The translations under genes were made by a program, and so were the position numbers. The notes beneath the pieces are model-generated. The model had not been told where the DNA came from. It saw nothing but the letters and a program-made list of their open reading frames with translations, and did not search any database. DNA of 64,000 nucleotides from the human T2T-CHM13v2.0 reference genome, Homo sapiens, in NCBI RefSeq assembly GCF_009914755.1, contig NC_060928.1; one strand, 5' to 3'. Every line of letters starts with the position of its first letter. Position 1 is the first letter of the stretch. Positions 63,401-64,000 of this stretch are shown here, piece by piece.

Positions 63401-63613
63401 AAGTCTTCCTCCTTTGCTGGATGCTTTCTGCCCTCAAACATCGAACTCTAAGTTCTTCAGTTTTGCAACTAGGACTGTCTCTCTTTGCTCCTCAGCCTGC
63501 AGATGACCTATTGTGGGACCTTGTGATCATGTGAGTTAATACTTAGTAAACTTCCCTTTATGTGTATATATCTTCCATTAGTTCTGTCCCTCTAGAGAAC
63601 CCTGACTAATAAA
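60483..63613 (+). mobile_element. Internally deleted HERV-L provirus with MLT2A1-like LTRs
   Basis: 5' LTR at 60483-~60880 (3' end lost), RNase H/integrase/dUTPase region, PPT aaggggtggact at 63176-63187, 3' LTR at 63188-63613. Confidence 0.93.
61736..62599 (+). pseudogene. HERV-L integrase core + dUTPase open frame (287 codons, non-ATG start)
   Basis: WQVDY...IASDQGTHF...LIEQWNG (D,D,E) followed by dUTPase-like GVIDLDYQDEI. Confidence 0.85.
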
Positions 63614-63636
63614 CCTGTAATTTAAAACAAAATCCT

Positions 63637-63916
63637 GGCGAGGCGTGATAGCTCACACCTGTAATGCCAGCACTTTGGGAGGCCAAGGTGGGAGGATCAA
63701 GAGGTCAGGAGATCGAGACCATCCTGGCCAATATAGTGAAACCCCATCTCTACTAAAAATACAAAAATTAGCTGGGCATGGTGGCGCATACCTGTAATCC
63801 CAGCTACTTGGGAGGCTGAGGCAGGAGAATTGCTTAAACCAGGGAGTCAGAGGTTGCAGTGGGCCAAGATCACATCACTGTACTCCAGCCTGGCAACAAA
63901 GCGAGACTCTGTCTCA
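63637..63916 (+). mobile_element. AluSc-like, no poly-A tail
   Basis: gaggtcaggagatcgagaccatcctggcc; ends gtctca then non-A sequence. Confidence 0.9.
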
Positions 63917-64000
63917 TCACTCACGTGGAAAACACCACAGAGGCTCAGAGCAGTGTTTTCTCCATGTAATTTACTGTGTGATACCTTTCTCCTAAATGAG

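Overview
Primate, almost certainly human, genomic DNA. It holds the 5' end of SLC39A8 (ZIP8 Zn/Mn/Fe transporter; chr4q24 from recall) on the minus strand. Bases 1-10662 are intron, the first coding exon is 10663-11134, a likely non-coding exon 1 is at ~11564-11715, and all of this sits in a CpG-island promoter. About 52 kb of repeat-dense upstream DNA follows. It includes a MER4 solo LTR, a 7SL pseudogene, MaLR/ERVL LTRs and many Alu/MIR/L2/L3 copies. It also includes a Ricksha (MULE) DNA transposon carrying a captured ERVL LTR and a FLYWCH-type transposase remnant, a full-length L1PA3/4 nested inside a full-length L1PA7/8, and a deleted HERV-L provirus with an open integrase-dUTPase frame. 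Intron 2 holds a MER85 (PGBD3-derived MITE). I see no convincing new protein-coding system. The best leads are regulatory or TE-evolutionary: the LTR-driven MULE transposase layout, MER85, a (GGAA)16 microsatellite, a ZIP8 uORF, and a candidate distal exon next to a kappaB site. Repeat subfamily names come from recalled consensus sequences and need RepeatMasker/Dfam confirmation.
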